A stretch of 64,000 nucleotides of DNA from Amphiscolops sp. MND2022. Its lineage: Eukaryota. Made by a program: the position numbers and the translations under genes. Of this stretch, positions 1-11,582 are shown piece by piece. Location: contig OZ076409.1 of the NCBI GenBank assembly GCA_964187785.1, positions 47,184,001 to 47,248,000 on the forward strand, in the 5' to 3' direction. Under the pieces are notes generated by a model. It ran no database searches. It saw nothing but the letters and a program-made list of their open reading frames with translations, and was not told the DNA's origin. How positions within the stretch are numbered: the stretch's first letter is position 1; the number at the start of each line of letters is the position of its first letter.

Positions 1-729
1 AACTACCTTTTGACCTCCCTAAAATCAATTAATTGCACCCTAATAATTGCAAATAAATAGTTGCCAGTTAATAAAACGATGAGATAATCAAAGAAGAATT
101 GAAATGTTTTATGATGAAGGAAATTATATTCTTGAAAAGTTGATTCTGCTGTACAGTGTATTGGCGATCGAATGAATTAGATGTACGATGAGAGAAATGA
201 AATGCTAATTATGAAGGAAATGATGCTGCTGAAAAGATGATTCTGCTGTACAGTGCATTGGCGATCGAATGAATTAGAATGTAAGAATGAAGTACATATA
301 AGAATGTGATTAGAATTTCGTAATTCTGTTTGCGAACCATGCCGGGACTGAACGAAATTTTGTGACGTCATCGTTAAAACGGTTAATTCTTTTTCGATTC
401 AAAATGGTGATAAATGCAAGAAACTTTGCTAAAGCTATATAATAGAGTGTGTGCATGCATAAATCTATTGGAAGATCAATAAATTATTGCAAAAAATAAT
501 TCCATAGAAAGCTTTTGACTTTGAATATTTTATTGGCAGAAAGCAATAAAATAATTTATCATACCATGTAAATACTTTCTCCATTTTGAGACGTTCTGTT
601 TACTGCTATTAAATAAACTGAAGGAAAGAGCAACGACCGGTGCTGAGAACACTGCTAATAAACAGCGTCCGGTTGATATATATGATGCAAAACTCAAAAA
701 TTATATTCATATTATTTGTGCGGGGGGAT

Positions 730-1500
730 CCACATACTTTTTCCATTCTCAAGCCCTTGAAAAAATGATTGGACTAATTCCAAAAAAATAAACTGAATAA
801 AATTAGTTAGACTTTCAGTTTATTTTTTAGGTTATTATTTTTTCGTTTCATTTTACGTTTTGGCTTGGGGGGGGGGCTTGGTGTAAGAATAATACTTTAT
901 GAATGCATTAAACTGCTAAAGCATACATATTTCCTCCATTCTCAAGCCTTTCTAAAATTGATTGGACTTATTCCAAAAAGAATAAACTGAATAAAATTAG
1001 TTAGACTTCCAGTTTATTGTGTTAGGTATTTTTTTTCGTTTCATTTTCTTTTTTGGCATGGGGGGGGGGTTCGTGTAAATATAATACTTCAAGAATGCAG
1101 TAAACTGCTAAAGCCTACATTTTTCCTCCATTCTCAAGCCTTTGTAAAATTGATTGGACATATTCCAAAAAGTAAATTAAATAAATTATTGAGAGTTTCA
1201 TGAGTTTAATTTTATTGTGTTAGGTAATTTCTTTTTCGTTTCATTTTATTTTTTTTTGGCCTCGCGGGGGGGGGGGGGTGGGGTGGTTGTTGTGTTGAAT
1301 AAATTACTTTATAACTGCATAAAAATTCGCCAATGCATATACAATTTTTCCATTCTAAAATTTTCTTGAAATTGGTTGAATTTATTCCAAAAAACTATGT
1401 GAAATATCAAGACTTCAAGTTAATCATGTTCACTAATTTCCATTTTTTTCGTTTTATCCATGTTGCGTGTGGGGGGGGGGATTCGTTGATAAAATAATGC
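730..1500. repeat. Degenerate ~190-220 bp tandem repeat with G-runs (about 4 units)
   Basis: ccattctcaagcc...attggac..attccaaaaa...ttttcgtttcatttt...poly-G recurs near 743, 936, 1128 and 1350. Confidence 0.85.
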
Positions 1501-2194
1501 GTGAAAATTACTTAAAAAACTTTTACTACAAAAGGTAGAACATTGTGTGAAAATTCTTCATTAATACTCGTGGATGGTTCACAGTGATATCTGATACGCG
1601 TCGTACGTTCAATTTATCTAGTGACGTCATTTTGAACTATTTGGAATGCTTTCCAACGGTATTCGCTTCGCGAGTTAATACATTGTTCCTTTGTCGAAAG
1701 AAGCACTGATGACACACTCGCTCACCGCGACAAGGTCGGACATAGAATTGACCTCGGAATTGACCAATCAGAGAGCAGCATCACTTTTCGCTCACTTGGT
1801 CGAACTTACACTGGAATTCGTTCAACCAATCAAAAACGCCGGATTCGTGACACTCTTTCGCCGCTGGTCGGCGCTATGAAAATGTATAAAATCTAACATT
1901 TTGTCACTTGGTAGGACAAAGTCTTAAAATAATCCTGAGGCCATTTGAAGCATTTTCCACTATTCAGAATAGCGTGTTCGACCAATTATGACCGACGAAG
2001 TGCGGGTTCGACCAAGTGCTAGGCAAAAAACGGGCCAATGTCCGACCAAGTGCGGATTCTCAAACGCACACACACACACACACATGTGTACGAAGTAGCA
2101 CTTGGTGGGTCCGTACACGAAACGGGCATAAGGTGGGACGTACACACTTCTCCCTTGGTGGGACATACACAAAATCTTTAACTTGGCTATTAAT

Positions 2195-2762
2195 AATACT
2201 TATTGACATGCATTGGTGGGACCTTAACACAAAATCTTTTTGGCGATTTTCAGCTATCAAGAATACTTATTGACATGCATTGGTGGGACCTTAACACAAA
2301 ATATTTTCAGCGATTTTCAGCTATCAAGAATACTTATTGACATGCATTGGTGGGACCTTAACACAAAATCTTTTCAGCGATTTTCAGCTATCAAGAATAC
2401 TTATTGACATGCATTGGTGGGACCTTAACACAAAATCTTTTCAGCGATTTTCAGCTATCAAGAATACTTATTGACATGCATTGGTGGGACCTTAACACAA
2501 AATCTTTTCAGCGATTTTCAGCTATCAAGAAAACTTATTGACATGCATTGGTGGGACTTAAACACAAAATCTTTTTGGCGATTTTCAGCTATCAAGAATA
2601 CTTTTTGACATGCATTGGTGGGACCTTAACACAAAATCTTTTCAGCGATTTTCAGCTATCAAGAATACTTATTGACATGCATTGGTGGGACCTTAACACA
2701 AAATCTTTTCAGCGATTTTCAGCTATCAAGAATACTTATTGACATGCATTGGTGGGACCTCA
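2195..2762 (+). repeat. 67-bp tandem array (~8.5 units), each unit carrying TTGGTGGGAC
   Basis: The unit tattgacatgcattggtgggaccttaacacaaaatcttttcagcgattttcagctatcaagaatact starts at 2201, 2268, 2335 and onward; units are near-identical with no unique spacers. Confidence 0.95.
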
Positions 2763-3265
2763 AAACATAATTCTGTTTTCCGAATGTTATTCTTTACGAA
2801 TGAAACTCTGTCATTGGAGAGAGCAAAGACACAACGAAATTGGCTGGAAATTTATTGCAGTCATTATATTGACTTTAATTATTAATTGTTCACGCATTTA
2901 ATATTTTTCAATCCCTGGTGACCAGTCTTTGGGCAATTTTCAAATGGACTCAAGGTACTGATAATCATTGGTTTTAGTCAAAGTGACAGATAAAATTTTC
3001 TCGGTAACCCCATATTTTTTGTACACCTTCTGAATAATTTTCATATACTTTACTCTTGACAGTACACAGTTAGCTAGTAACAAGTTGACTGGTAAATTAA
3101 AAATCCAAGTCATTGCAAATCTTTTATTCAGCCCAAACAACGTTGTTACAACTCAAGTCAAGTATCGTAAAACCTGGATTTGTTTGAAAAGGTAAGTTTC
3201 ATACTCGAGTGAAAGTTCATATGACTTTATCCTTCAATTATTGTTATCCTGTCACTGATAACTGA

Positions 3266-3682
3266 TCATTTTCTTGCGTCACTGATGGTCATGTTCCGTA
3301 TTTTATCTTTGATATCCTGCCACTTTGAAGCATGGGGATATTTTTTCATTGCCTCCAAACAAACTGCTCGGCCAGGCAGTCGTCCTTGCTTCATCTCTTC
3401 TCGGAATTGTTTCCTCAGCCTTTTTTCTTGATCCAGCGGCCATGTTCGTCGTGTAGTACCACCAGGCTTAGGCTTTTTCTTACCACCAGTAGTTTTCTTT
3501 CGATTCCTTTTGATTGTTGTATTAAATTCATCCGTAATGTCACCCGTGTCACCATCGCCTGTTCCAAGTGAGAGACTGTTTTTGCTTCCCGAGGTTGAGG
3601 CATTGGACCTTCTCAGTGAATTTTCTGCGCCGTCACCGGATCTCGCATGATTGGTATCGTCTTGGACTTCGGTTTCGTTATC
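3266..3682 (-). CDS. Exon 5 (not in ORF track): low-complexity linker, basic stretch and Myb/SANT-like helical C-terminus
   Basis: Acceptor ttttcaag|GAT, then 138 open codons ending ...RRTWPLDQEKRLRKQFREEMKQGRLPGRAVCLEAMKKYPHASKWQDIKDKIRNMTISDARK*. The spaced Trp pattern is Myb/SANT-like. Confidence 0.75.
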   Translation of the reverse strand, partial: DNETEVQDDTNHARSGDGAENSLRRSNASTSGSKNSLSLGTGDGDTGDITDEFNTTIKRNRKKTTGGKKKPKPGGTTRRTWPLDQEKRLRKQFREEMKQGRLPGRAVCLEAMKKYPHASKWQDIKDKIRNMTISDARK

Positions 3683-6600
3683 CTTGAAAAAACAAATTCC
3701 AATTACTCAAATGAAGTCAACCTGTTTCTAACTAAACGACTTTGTTTTGGCTAAGTTACTATTTTATAATTTTAAATTCAAAAGTTTTATAGTTTAAAAG
3801 TTACAATACTCTTTGATGTTTTGAAAAGAGAGTTTTGAAAAGAAACGCGACGTGATAGAGAATAGGCCTGCATTGCCTAGATGCATGTGTATTATGCACA
3901 ATTAAGATGTGTATTGTTTCGTTGGGAGTATGATCCAAAAGAAACGCAATGTGAAGAAGAGGTTTGTATTGCTTCAGTAGAAACTTTATACGAAAATAAA
4001 CGAAGATCCGAATTATCCGGTTACGAATTAAATGAAATTGATTGTACTGTTATCTGAAGTAATCAGAAGAATCAATGGTTGGCTTTATAAAAAAATAGGT
4101 AAGAAAAAATCTATTCTTTCCAGTTGATGACAGTTCCTGAATAGGTTTGAATTTCTTTTCCGCGTGCTATGTTAAAACTGGACACGAAGTTACTGATCTC
4201 TTGAAAATCAATGTTTTCCAGATTTGCCAGATGGAGCAAATAATATTGAGTTCATTGACTTTGGACGACCAAGTTCTGAAGCAATCGACTTTAGATCACA
4301 TTGCGTTTCTTTTTAACCAATTCCCAATCAAATATCTTCATCTTCACAAACTAGCGTTGGATTGCATGTTATGATTATACTTATGATAATTATAACTGAA
4401 ATTGAATTCCAGCATGTAATGTTTCAGTGGGTTTTTGTTTTTTTCGATAGATTATTCCCGGACCCGTAGGGGATTTTCTTTATTGCAATAGTACAAATAT
4501 CAAAACCTATTTTTTTTATTTAATCCGGACTGATATTTTCAAAAACTACAAAACTAACCGAGTCGTCCAACTCGCCATCCTCCAGTGTTGGTTGAATTGT
4601 GTCAAGGTCTTTCGAATAGGCTTCCTCGAGTTTACCGCTGTCGACCATATACAACAATTTTGTAACTTTTGCTAGATTTACGGCATCAGTGTGCATCCTG
4701 TAATACTTGTCGTGAACCCTTAAGTCATGACCCAGAAAATCAGCAACCCAAGTCCTCTGGTGCTGTGGTAAGTTCAAAAACTGTGCTGCTGTCGCCATAT
4801 ACTTTCGAAGCTTCGTTGACCTGAACAAAGGTTTGTTCTCCAGCTCAAAGTCTTTAGCGAACTTGTTCAGGGCCTCAGCGCTCCGGTAATGCAGTTTTCC
4901 ACCTTCTGTTTGGAAGAAGTACGTTTCATTTTTCAAGTTGTCATCATTTATCATGATATCAATAAGTTTGAGTGTGTCCGGTGGCACCAGCACAGGGACA
5001 ACTTTTCCTCCCTTACCAGGAAGTCGGAGGAGTGTGTAGACTTCTGCGAACTTTTCCTCTAGTTTTGTAAGCTTCACGAGCTCGTTATCCGCTGTCTTTG
5101 CTCGTTCACTGGCAAGACTCCGTTGTAGTATCATATCTCTTCTTTTGATTCCAGAAACTTCACGATCACGCTTCTTGTTGAAACTAACAAGATCAGCTAT
5201 CACAGTTAGTTTGAGTTCGGCATAGTTATACTTAGTCAGTTCGAGGAGTTCTCGCACTTTTTTTCCAATGCTTTGCCGGAATTTAATGATGTCCGTAGTG
5301 GGAATAACCAGATGTATGCTCTCATTTTGCTTCTTGACCAACCTAGAAAAACACAAGGTGATTAGATTTGGGAAAGAAAAGGCTGAAAACGTTTATCAGC
5401 TAGTTTTAGGGGGCCTAAATAAAACGTGTGGAGCAACTTTTTACATTGTGGCTTCTTTTACTTGAATTGTTGAGCAAACCAGACTTAGTGGGACATAAAC
5501 CCGCTCTTTTACTTGGCCTTGGTGGGACGCACACTAAGTGAGACATAAAAGGTGGGCCCGCTATAAGGACTAGAGCAAAACGACTGAAATTGGCTAAGTA
5601 ACTATTTTAGACAAAGTTCCACTACGTTTCTCACACTCCGAAACTACAATTTTTTTTCAAATTTTTGCCAAAATTCGATACTTTTTGTAAATATTTGCCT
5701 CAATAGTTTTTGAATGGTTCCAACTTACTCGTATTTAGCAGGTGCGGATATTTGAGCCCATTCAGTGTCAATAATTTTCTGAAACTGTTTAGCTTGTTGA
5801 GATATCTCCTTCTTCTCCCACACGAAAGCTTGATTTTGCAGAAATGCAGCAGCTGTTTTCAGAATCGATCCCATTTTCACTTGGTAGGATTTTGCAAAAT
5901 TTTTTGACACCGCTTCTTTCACTTTTGACCACATGTCTGGTCTGATTAGTTCAATCAAATATGAGCATTCCAGTTGGAGAACAAGTTTGGCCATTACTCG
6001 CATTCTGTCCCTGATCTGATTGTAGCCTTCGTCTGATTTTCGCTTGTTGAAATAATATTCCCCAACATACTTTATAAGGGGGTCATTTCGTATTAGTTCT
6101 GCAACTGGATCGTTTCTTAAATTGTTATAAAGGAATTCCTGGAATGGTGTGTTATGATTTGCTTTGATTTCAAGCATCAACGCAAAGATGGCAGCTTTGA
6201 TGTTTTTGTTTTTTCCTTCCTTATGGCTAGACTTGGTAACTGCCGGGCAGTCTAGTTTGTGCCGGTACATGGTTTTTCTCATGAAGAAGCCAAGACAATC
6301 AGGACAAGGAGCATAGTTATCAGCTGTTGGATTCTCCGTTTCCGTTGGGTCCCTGACTACGATCAGTTTGTCAGTGAATCTGTTCGTATCTATGCATTTT
6401 TTGAAAACCGCGATGTTATATTTGTACTGGCCTTCATATGTGATCAAGCGGTATGTTTGCTCTTTCTCTTTATGAAGTTTCCTCAAATCGCGTTCAGTTG
6501 TCGCGATTTCCTTACTTCCTTCTAATTCTTCTATTTCTAGATTTATTCGCCTAAGGTTACTGACGCGGAGCTCTCTTTGATGGAATGATTGCAAATGGCG

Positions 6601-9600
6601 ATGTAATTTGGCGACCATTGTCGCATCTTTGATATCTTCGAAAGGACAGTAAGGACAACATTTCTTCTTTTTGTATTTACCTTCAGAGACAACAATCTGG
6701 ATCTTCTTGAGATACTTTGAGTTGAATCTCCATTTTCCGGAACAATTAGCGTTGACATATTGTTGCATGTCGTCTTCAATGTTATCATAGCCGTCCATAG
6801 TGTTTGCAACATCATCTGGTCTTGTAGACGACGTTGACGCTAGTGCGGTCTGATAACTACTCTCACTGATCTGAGAAATGCCTTCTCCCAATACCACTGT
6901 CTGATTTGATGAAACTTTATTGGGTGTACTTGGCGCTCTTTCAGCTGTTGATGCAGTTTCTGTTTCTTCTTCTGAAGACAGTTCCTCGCTACCTTCATCC
7001 TCATCAACAATGTAACTTTCACCTGAAGATTCAGATGTTTCCGACGACGAATCGTCGCTGGAACTCTCGCTTGATTGTTCAGGTATGTTGCTGTGTTCTT
7101 CGGCTGAGTCAGAATCCAAATCTTCCTCAGGCTTCGGCGTTAAGTATTCGCGTCCTTTGTTGAGAATTCTCAAAGCCCTTGATGTTCCCTCAGAGAGCTC
7201 CAACTGCTTAAAAAGGGAGAATCTTATTCTTTCGGGAACAACACAGTTCCGAAAAAAATATTTCGCTCTAAAACCACAGTGGCTTCCTTTTGGACTAAAA
7301 TTGTATTGAGGTTATTTCCAGATGATGAAGCATTATAATCTACATTCGTTCACAATGCGTTTGTTTTTACATGCAAAATTCTTTTCACATGATTAAACTT
7401 AACAATTAAAAAAAAAACTTTTACCAGCATGATTTTAAAATCCTGTGGCACTTCAATGAATGAGGTGCATGAAAGCCATCAAATTGTTTTCACTTTGAGG
7501 TGCAAACGCAACCAAAAAAAGATTTTTCAAAAAGTCAGTAATTTCAAATCTTAAACGGGTAATTAATGAAATTGTGCTTACCTTCTGAGGTATTATACAT
7601 TCGTTTTTGGCTCCAAAAGGTGTTTTTGGTTTTCTTCCTTCTAGTTCAGTCATTTTGGCATACGATGCTTCAATGCTTCTAGTTACATTCTTCGGTTTCC
7701 GTGGTTGTTTAGAAGCTTTCGCTTCTGTGTCAGTAGTTTTGTTTTTCTCAACATTGCTAGATTGGTTTTGCGATGATTTTGTTGAGATCCTCGGTTCCGT
7801 GTCCCCGTCTTTGCGTAACGGGTTAGGAGCCTTCTCTTCTGTGTCAGTAGTTTTGTTTTTCTCATTTTTGCTAGATTTGTTTTGCGATGATTTTGTTGAG
7901 ATCCTCGGTTCCGTGTCCCCGTCTTTGCGTAACGGGTTAGGAGCCTTCTCTTCTGTGTCAGTAGTTTTGTTTTTCTCAACTTTGCTAGATTGGTTTTGCG
8001 ATGATTTTGTTGAGATCCTCGGTTCCGTGTCCCCGTCTTTGCGTAACGGGTTAGGAGCTTTCTCTTCTGTGTCAGTAGTTTTGTTTTTCTCAACTTTGCT
8101 AGATTGGTTTTGCGATGATTTTGTTGAGATCCTCGGTTCCGTGTCCCCGTCTTTGCGTAACGGGTTAGGAGCCTTCTCTTCTGTGTCAGTAGTTTTGTTT
8201 TTCTCAACTTTGCTAGATTGGTTTTGCGATGATTTTGTTGAGATCCTCGGTTCCGTGTCCCCGTCTTTGCGTAACGGGTTAGGAGCCTTCTCTTCTGTGT
8301 CAGTAGTTTTGTTTTTCTCAACTTTGCTAGATTGGTTTTGCGATGATTTTGTTGAGATCCTCGGTTCCGTGTCCCCGTCTTTGCGTAACGGGTTAGGAGC
8401 TTTCTCTTCTGTGTCAGTAGTTTTGTTTTTCTCAACTTTGCTAGATTGGTTTTGCGATGATTTTGTTGAGATCCTCGGTTCCGTGTCCCCGTCTTTGCGT
8501 AACGGGTTAGGAGCTTTCTCTTCTGTGTCAGTAGTTTTGTTTTTCTCAACTTTGCTAGACTGGTTTTGCGATGATTTTGTTGAGATCCTCGGTTCCGTGG
8601 CCCCCCGTCTCTCTTCTGTGTCAGTAGTTTTGTTTTTCTCAACTTTGCTAGACTGGTTTTGCGATGATTTTGTTGAGATCCTCGGTTCCGTGGCCCCCCG
8701 TCTCTCTTCTGTGTCAGTAGTTTTGTTTTTCTCAACTTTGCTAGATTGGTTTTGCGATGATTTTGTTGAGATCCTCAGTTCCGTGTCCCCTTCTTTGCGT
8801 AACGGGTTAAGAGTCTTCTCTTCTGTGTCAGTAGTTTTGCTTTTCTCAACTTTGCTAGATTGGTTTTGCGATGACTTTGTTGAGATCCTCTGTTCCGTGT
8901 CCCCCGCATTGTTGTGTAATGTGTTAGGAGGTTTTTCTACTGTGTCCGCTGCGTTTTGTATCTCAATGTTGTTAGATTCGTTGCATGATTGCAATGGCAC
9001 AGGCTGAAGTGGAATTGTGAGGTTCTTCGCACTAAGATTGGGATACAAATTGGAAACCTCTTTCACTGGAACTTCAGATTCTTTTCCTTTTCTTTGCGTT
9101 GTTGATGAAATTCTTTTTTCGGAATCACCGGGTTTTTCTTTTTCAGGTCCAGATTGTTTGAAGAGAGTTTCCAGTTTCTTCTTCCTTGTCACTGTTATGA
9201 AGGGCTCGTCCACATTACGAGATATTTTGTTTTTGGAATCAGCGGCTTCTATATTATCTATATTACTTTTGGTTCCCGGAGCTTGAGGATTTCGTCTCCA
9301 TTCTGCATGAGGAAAACCATAATCATAGCGCAACTCCTCACCTGTGAATATGAACGGATAAACAAGAATGATCAATTGAGAATTGTTTCTTTTAATTGTC
9401 TCACAAAAGTGATTCGGTGGAAACTTCGGCAATAGGCAGTGTTTTTCAATTTTCAGATGTCCCGTTAAGGCCGTGCAAAAATAAGGCCGTTTACGATACC
9501 AGAATTGGTGGGACATAGATTCCGTTTTTTACTCAGCCTTGGTGGTACCTCATACGAAACATAGTGCAAAATGCCTGGAATTTGCTACGAAAGCGTTAAG

Positions 9601-10171
9601 GCAGTGTAAAATAATAGCCTGGTACTTCCAAGTGTGTATTACTGCAAAACCGTTCAATGTATCGTTACGCTTTGATCAACACTTGCTGGGACACTGATAC
9701 CTTTTTCACTGGAACTTGGTGGGACTCACACTCAGTGCCTTAAATGGCCTTCTGTCTTGTAAAAAAAACAAACTAACCAGACTGAATCGGGCGAGTTGCC
9801 AGGAAGATGCAATGGTTTCTACCTTGGTCATCAGTGACCTTCTTCATCCGACAGTTAGCAGCCACTGCTCTGTCCTTGTCGTTGATGAATCGAGCCATTC
9901 CTGAATTCTTTTCGTCAGAAGTGTCAATGAATACCGCTTGTTTCCCTTCTTGCAGTTCCATCACATAGTCGAAGTTGGACGTTTTTGTTGTACTTCTCGG
10001 TCCCCAGTAAGTGAGCAAAAATTCTTTGTCGTCAAAACTTCTGTTAGCGAAAAGCCCTCGCCCCGTGGCCCCGTTTGCAAACTGTACAGTTTTCACTTGG
10101 AAGCCTTCTGGGTCTGAGTAAAGAAAAGAGCTCCAGGGCTCTGCTTTCCGGGCAGCACTTCTTGTTGACAT
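3266..10171 (-). CDS. Spliced SET domain - tandem repeat - Zn-binding - tyrosine recombinase - Myb/SANT-like fusion protein (~1609 aa), Crypton-like YR element protein
   Basis: Exons 10171-9778, 9341-7582, 7203-5729, 5342-4559, 3682-3266 total 4830 nt = 1610 codons. Donors are GTTAGT, GTAAGC, GTAAGT, GTTAGT, each with an AG acceptor, and phases 1,0,2,0 all keep the frame. SET motifs GRGLFA, ARFIND and GEELRYDYG are joined across intron 1. YR motifs are FNKKR, GKGGK, TKLRK and LGHDLRVHDKYY. Confidence 0.85.
4559..5342 (-). CDS. Exon 4: tyrosine recombinase catalytic domain
   Basis: R (FNKKRDREV), K (LPGKGGKVVPVL), K-x-R (RSTKLRKYMAT), H (FLGHD) and nucleophile Y (HDKYY) occur in the order expected for the phage-integrase/YR fold. 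Confidence 0.9.
5729..7203 (-). CDS. Exon 3: acidic region, two Zn-binding motifs and helical pre-recombinase region
   Basis: 492-codon open frame with CPYC...LHRHLQSFH and CPDCLGFFMRKTMYRHKLDC. The tandem NAGNAG acceptor (exon start 7206 or 7203) is in frame either way; the donor is GA|GTAAGT. Confidence 0.85.
7715..8905 (-). repeat. Coding tandem repeat, 11 units of 114 bp (two of 93 bp), encoding TEPRISTKSSQNQSSKVEKNKTTDTEEKAPNPLRKDGD
   Basis: The gagatcctc anchor recurs at 7784, 7898, 8012, 8126, 8240, 8354, 8468, 8582, 8675, 8768 and 8882; all spacings are multiples of 3. Confidence 0.95.
9778..10171 (-). CDS. Exon 1: SET-domain lysine methyltransferase (N-terminal part)
   Basis: GRGLFANRSF, LLTYWG, FIDTS, GMARFIND, ANC and IFLATRPIQSG; the domain is completed by GEELRYDYG at the start of exon 2 (9341). 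Confidence 0.88.
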
Positions 10172-10536
10172 TCAAGTCCTAGAAAGTTACGTTTAAAGAA
10201 GTCCTGACAGACAAGAAATCGTTTCTAACCCCATCTCACTAGTGAACTCGATGTACATTTGTAAGCTTACAAAACATTGAATTAAAAAACCACTCCGAAG
10301 AAATGCTTTAATTACGAAAGACCATTAGTACAACTGATACTTCCAGATTCTGTAAGGTAGTAACAATTGATTTAAGCAAAAACAAAGTTACACGTAGCCT
10401 ACAAGTCGGAAGAATCATTGAGCAAATTCAGAGTTGAGGCTGAATTTTTGCCTCAATTGTTCTCTTGAATTCTCAAAATCCACAACATTTGTACATTCAT
10501 CATAAGAAACTTTCGATTTTTTCTATACCTTGTATA

Positions 10537-10935
10537 CAGAGGTATGACAGCGATAGCGACAATTCAGCATGAATTAGCGATAGCGATAGTTAGCGACAAA
10601 TTAAAGCGTTAGCGAACATGTTTTCAACTAGAAATTCAAAATTAACTAATGCAAAAAATTATTGCGAATAACTTGACACATCATTTTGGCTTTTTCCTTT
10701 CGAACAGTTATTCGATGAGCCCGGCTTTGTAGGCGAAGTACAATTTGCCCAAAACTTCAAAATTTATTAATTTTAAAGTACATTCTGAAATTTTCATATG
10801 ATCTTTCTGAAAATCAGGTTTTTAAAATAGTGATAGCGTTAGCGAACCACCCATTTTGTTGTAGCGATAGCGATGAAATCAAGCCATTAGCGATGTTAGC
10901 GATTTGCGATAAAATTGTTAGCGATCACACCTCTG
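10537..10935. mobile_element. hAT-type MITE between the JmjC and SET-YR genes
   Basis: TIR cagaggtatga / tcacacctctg; 8-bp flanks cttgtata / ctggtata (7/8); internal tagcga subterminal repeats. Confidence 0.75.
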
Positions 10936-11125
10936 CTGGTATAGTATTTACTACGTAAGTAAAAAAAGTAAGCAAAAGTGCTCAGTAAGTAAAAAACACA
11001 TGACACTAAATAAAGAAAGCAAACTGTTTGCATGTTCATCAGTCAATAAAGATCCGAAAATCAAGTTTTGAAACTGAAAATGAAGACTTCCTCAAGCTGC
11101 ACTTTCTGGACTCTGTTGTTTCTCC

Positions 11126-11582
11126 TCAACGTTGTAGCCACTCCTCAATTACATCCCAATGCAAGTCGCTGACAGTTGCTGCATAGCGATACAAGAACTC
11201 TGCCCAGGGATTTTCCAGCGGAAATTCTTTACCAGTTGGTCGCTCATCAGCTTTTATGATCTGCAGCATCTCACGCATGGCGGCTTTCGTGATAGGACTC
11301 ACGCGGTTTTTATTAGCCCATTCCATGTAGAGCTGCATCACTATCAAACCTGGGAAGTTTGGGAACAAGAAACGTCTTGCCAAACCTGCGTCTAGCTCCT
11401 TCTTGAAGGCTAGGGCACTCTGGTGGAGGTGGGTTTCCATAATGAAGTTACACGCATAAGCAATGCTATCAACAGGGGTGTGAACAAAGTGAATCCACTG
11501 GCTTGGTAAGAAGATAGCGTCTCCTTCTTCTACCACAATATGATAGCATGTGACATCTCGATGGAAACCGAAGAAAGTGGAG
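11126..11582 (-). CDS. JmjC gene exon 4: JmjC C-terminal half with the third Fe ligand His
   Basis: Acceptor gttttcag|C; WIHFVHTP and ACNF motifs match the KDM2/KDM7 consensus WIHAVxTP...GGNF. Confidence 0.88.

Noticed and set aside
2195..2762. CRISPR-like appearance of the regular array
   Set aside because: Whole 67-bp units are identical with no unique spacers, there are no cas genes, and the context is eukaryotic.
4559..5342. Bacterial/phage integrase contamination or a DIRS retroelement
   Set aside because: The YR is embedded in a spliceosomal-intron gene, and no RT/RNase H, gag or phage genes are visible in the window.
7607..9007. 466-aa plus-strand and 350-aa alternative-frame ORFs
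   Set aside because: By-products of a stop-free 114-bp repeat overlapping the real exon 2.
10172..11128. JmjC and SET-YR as one continuous polypeptide
   Set aside because: JmjC exon 4 ends in TGA at 11126-11128, and an in-frame TGA immediately precedes the SET ATG.
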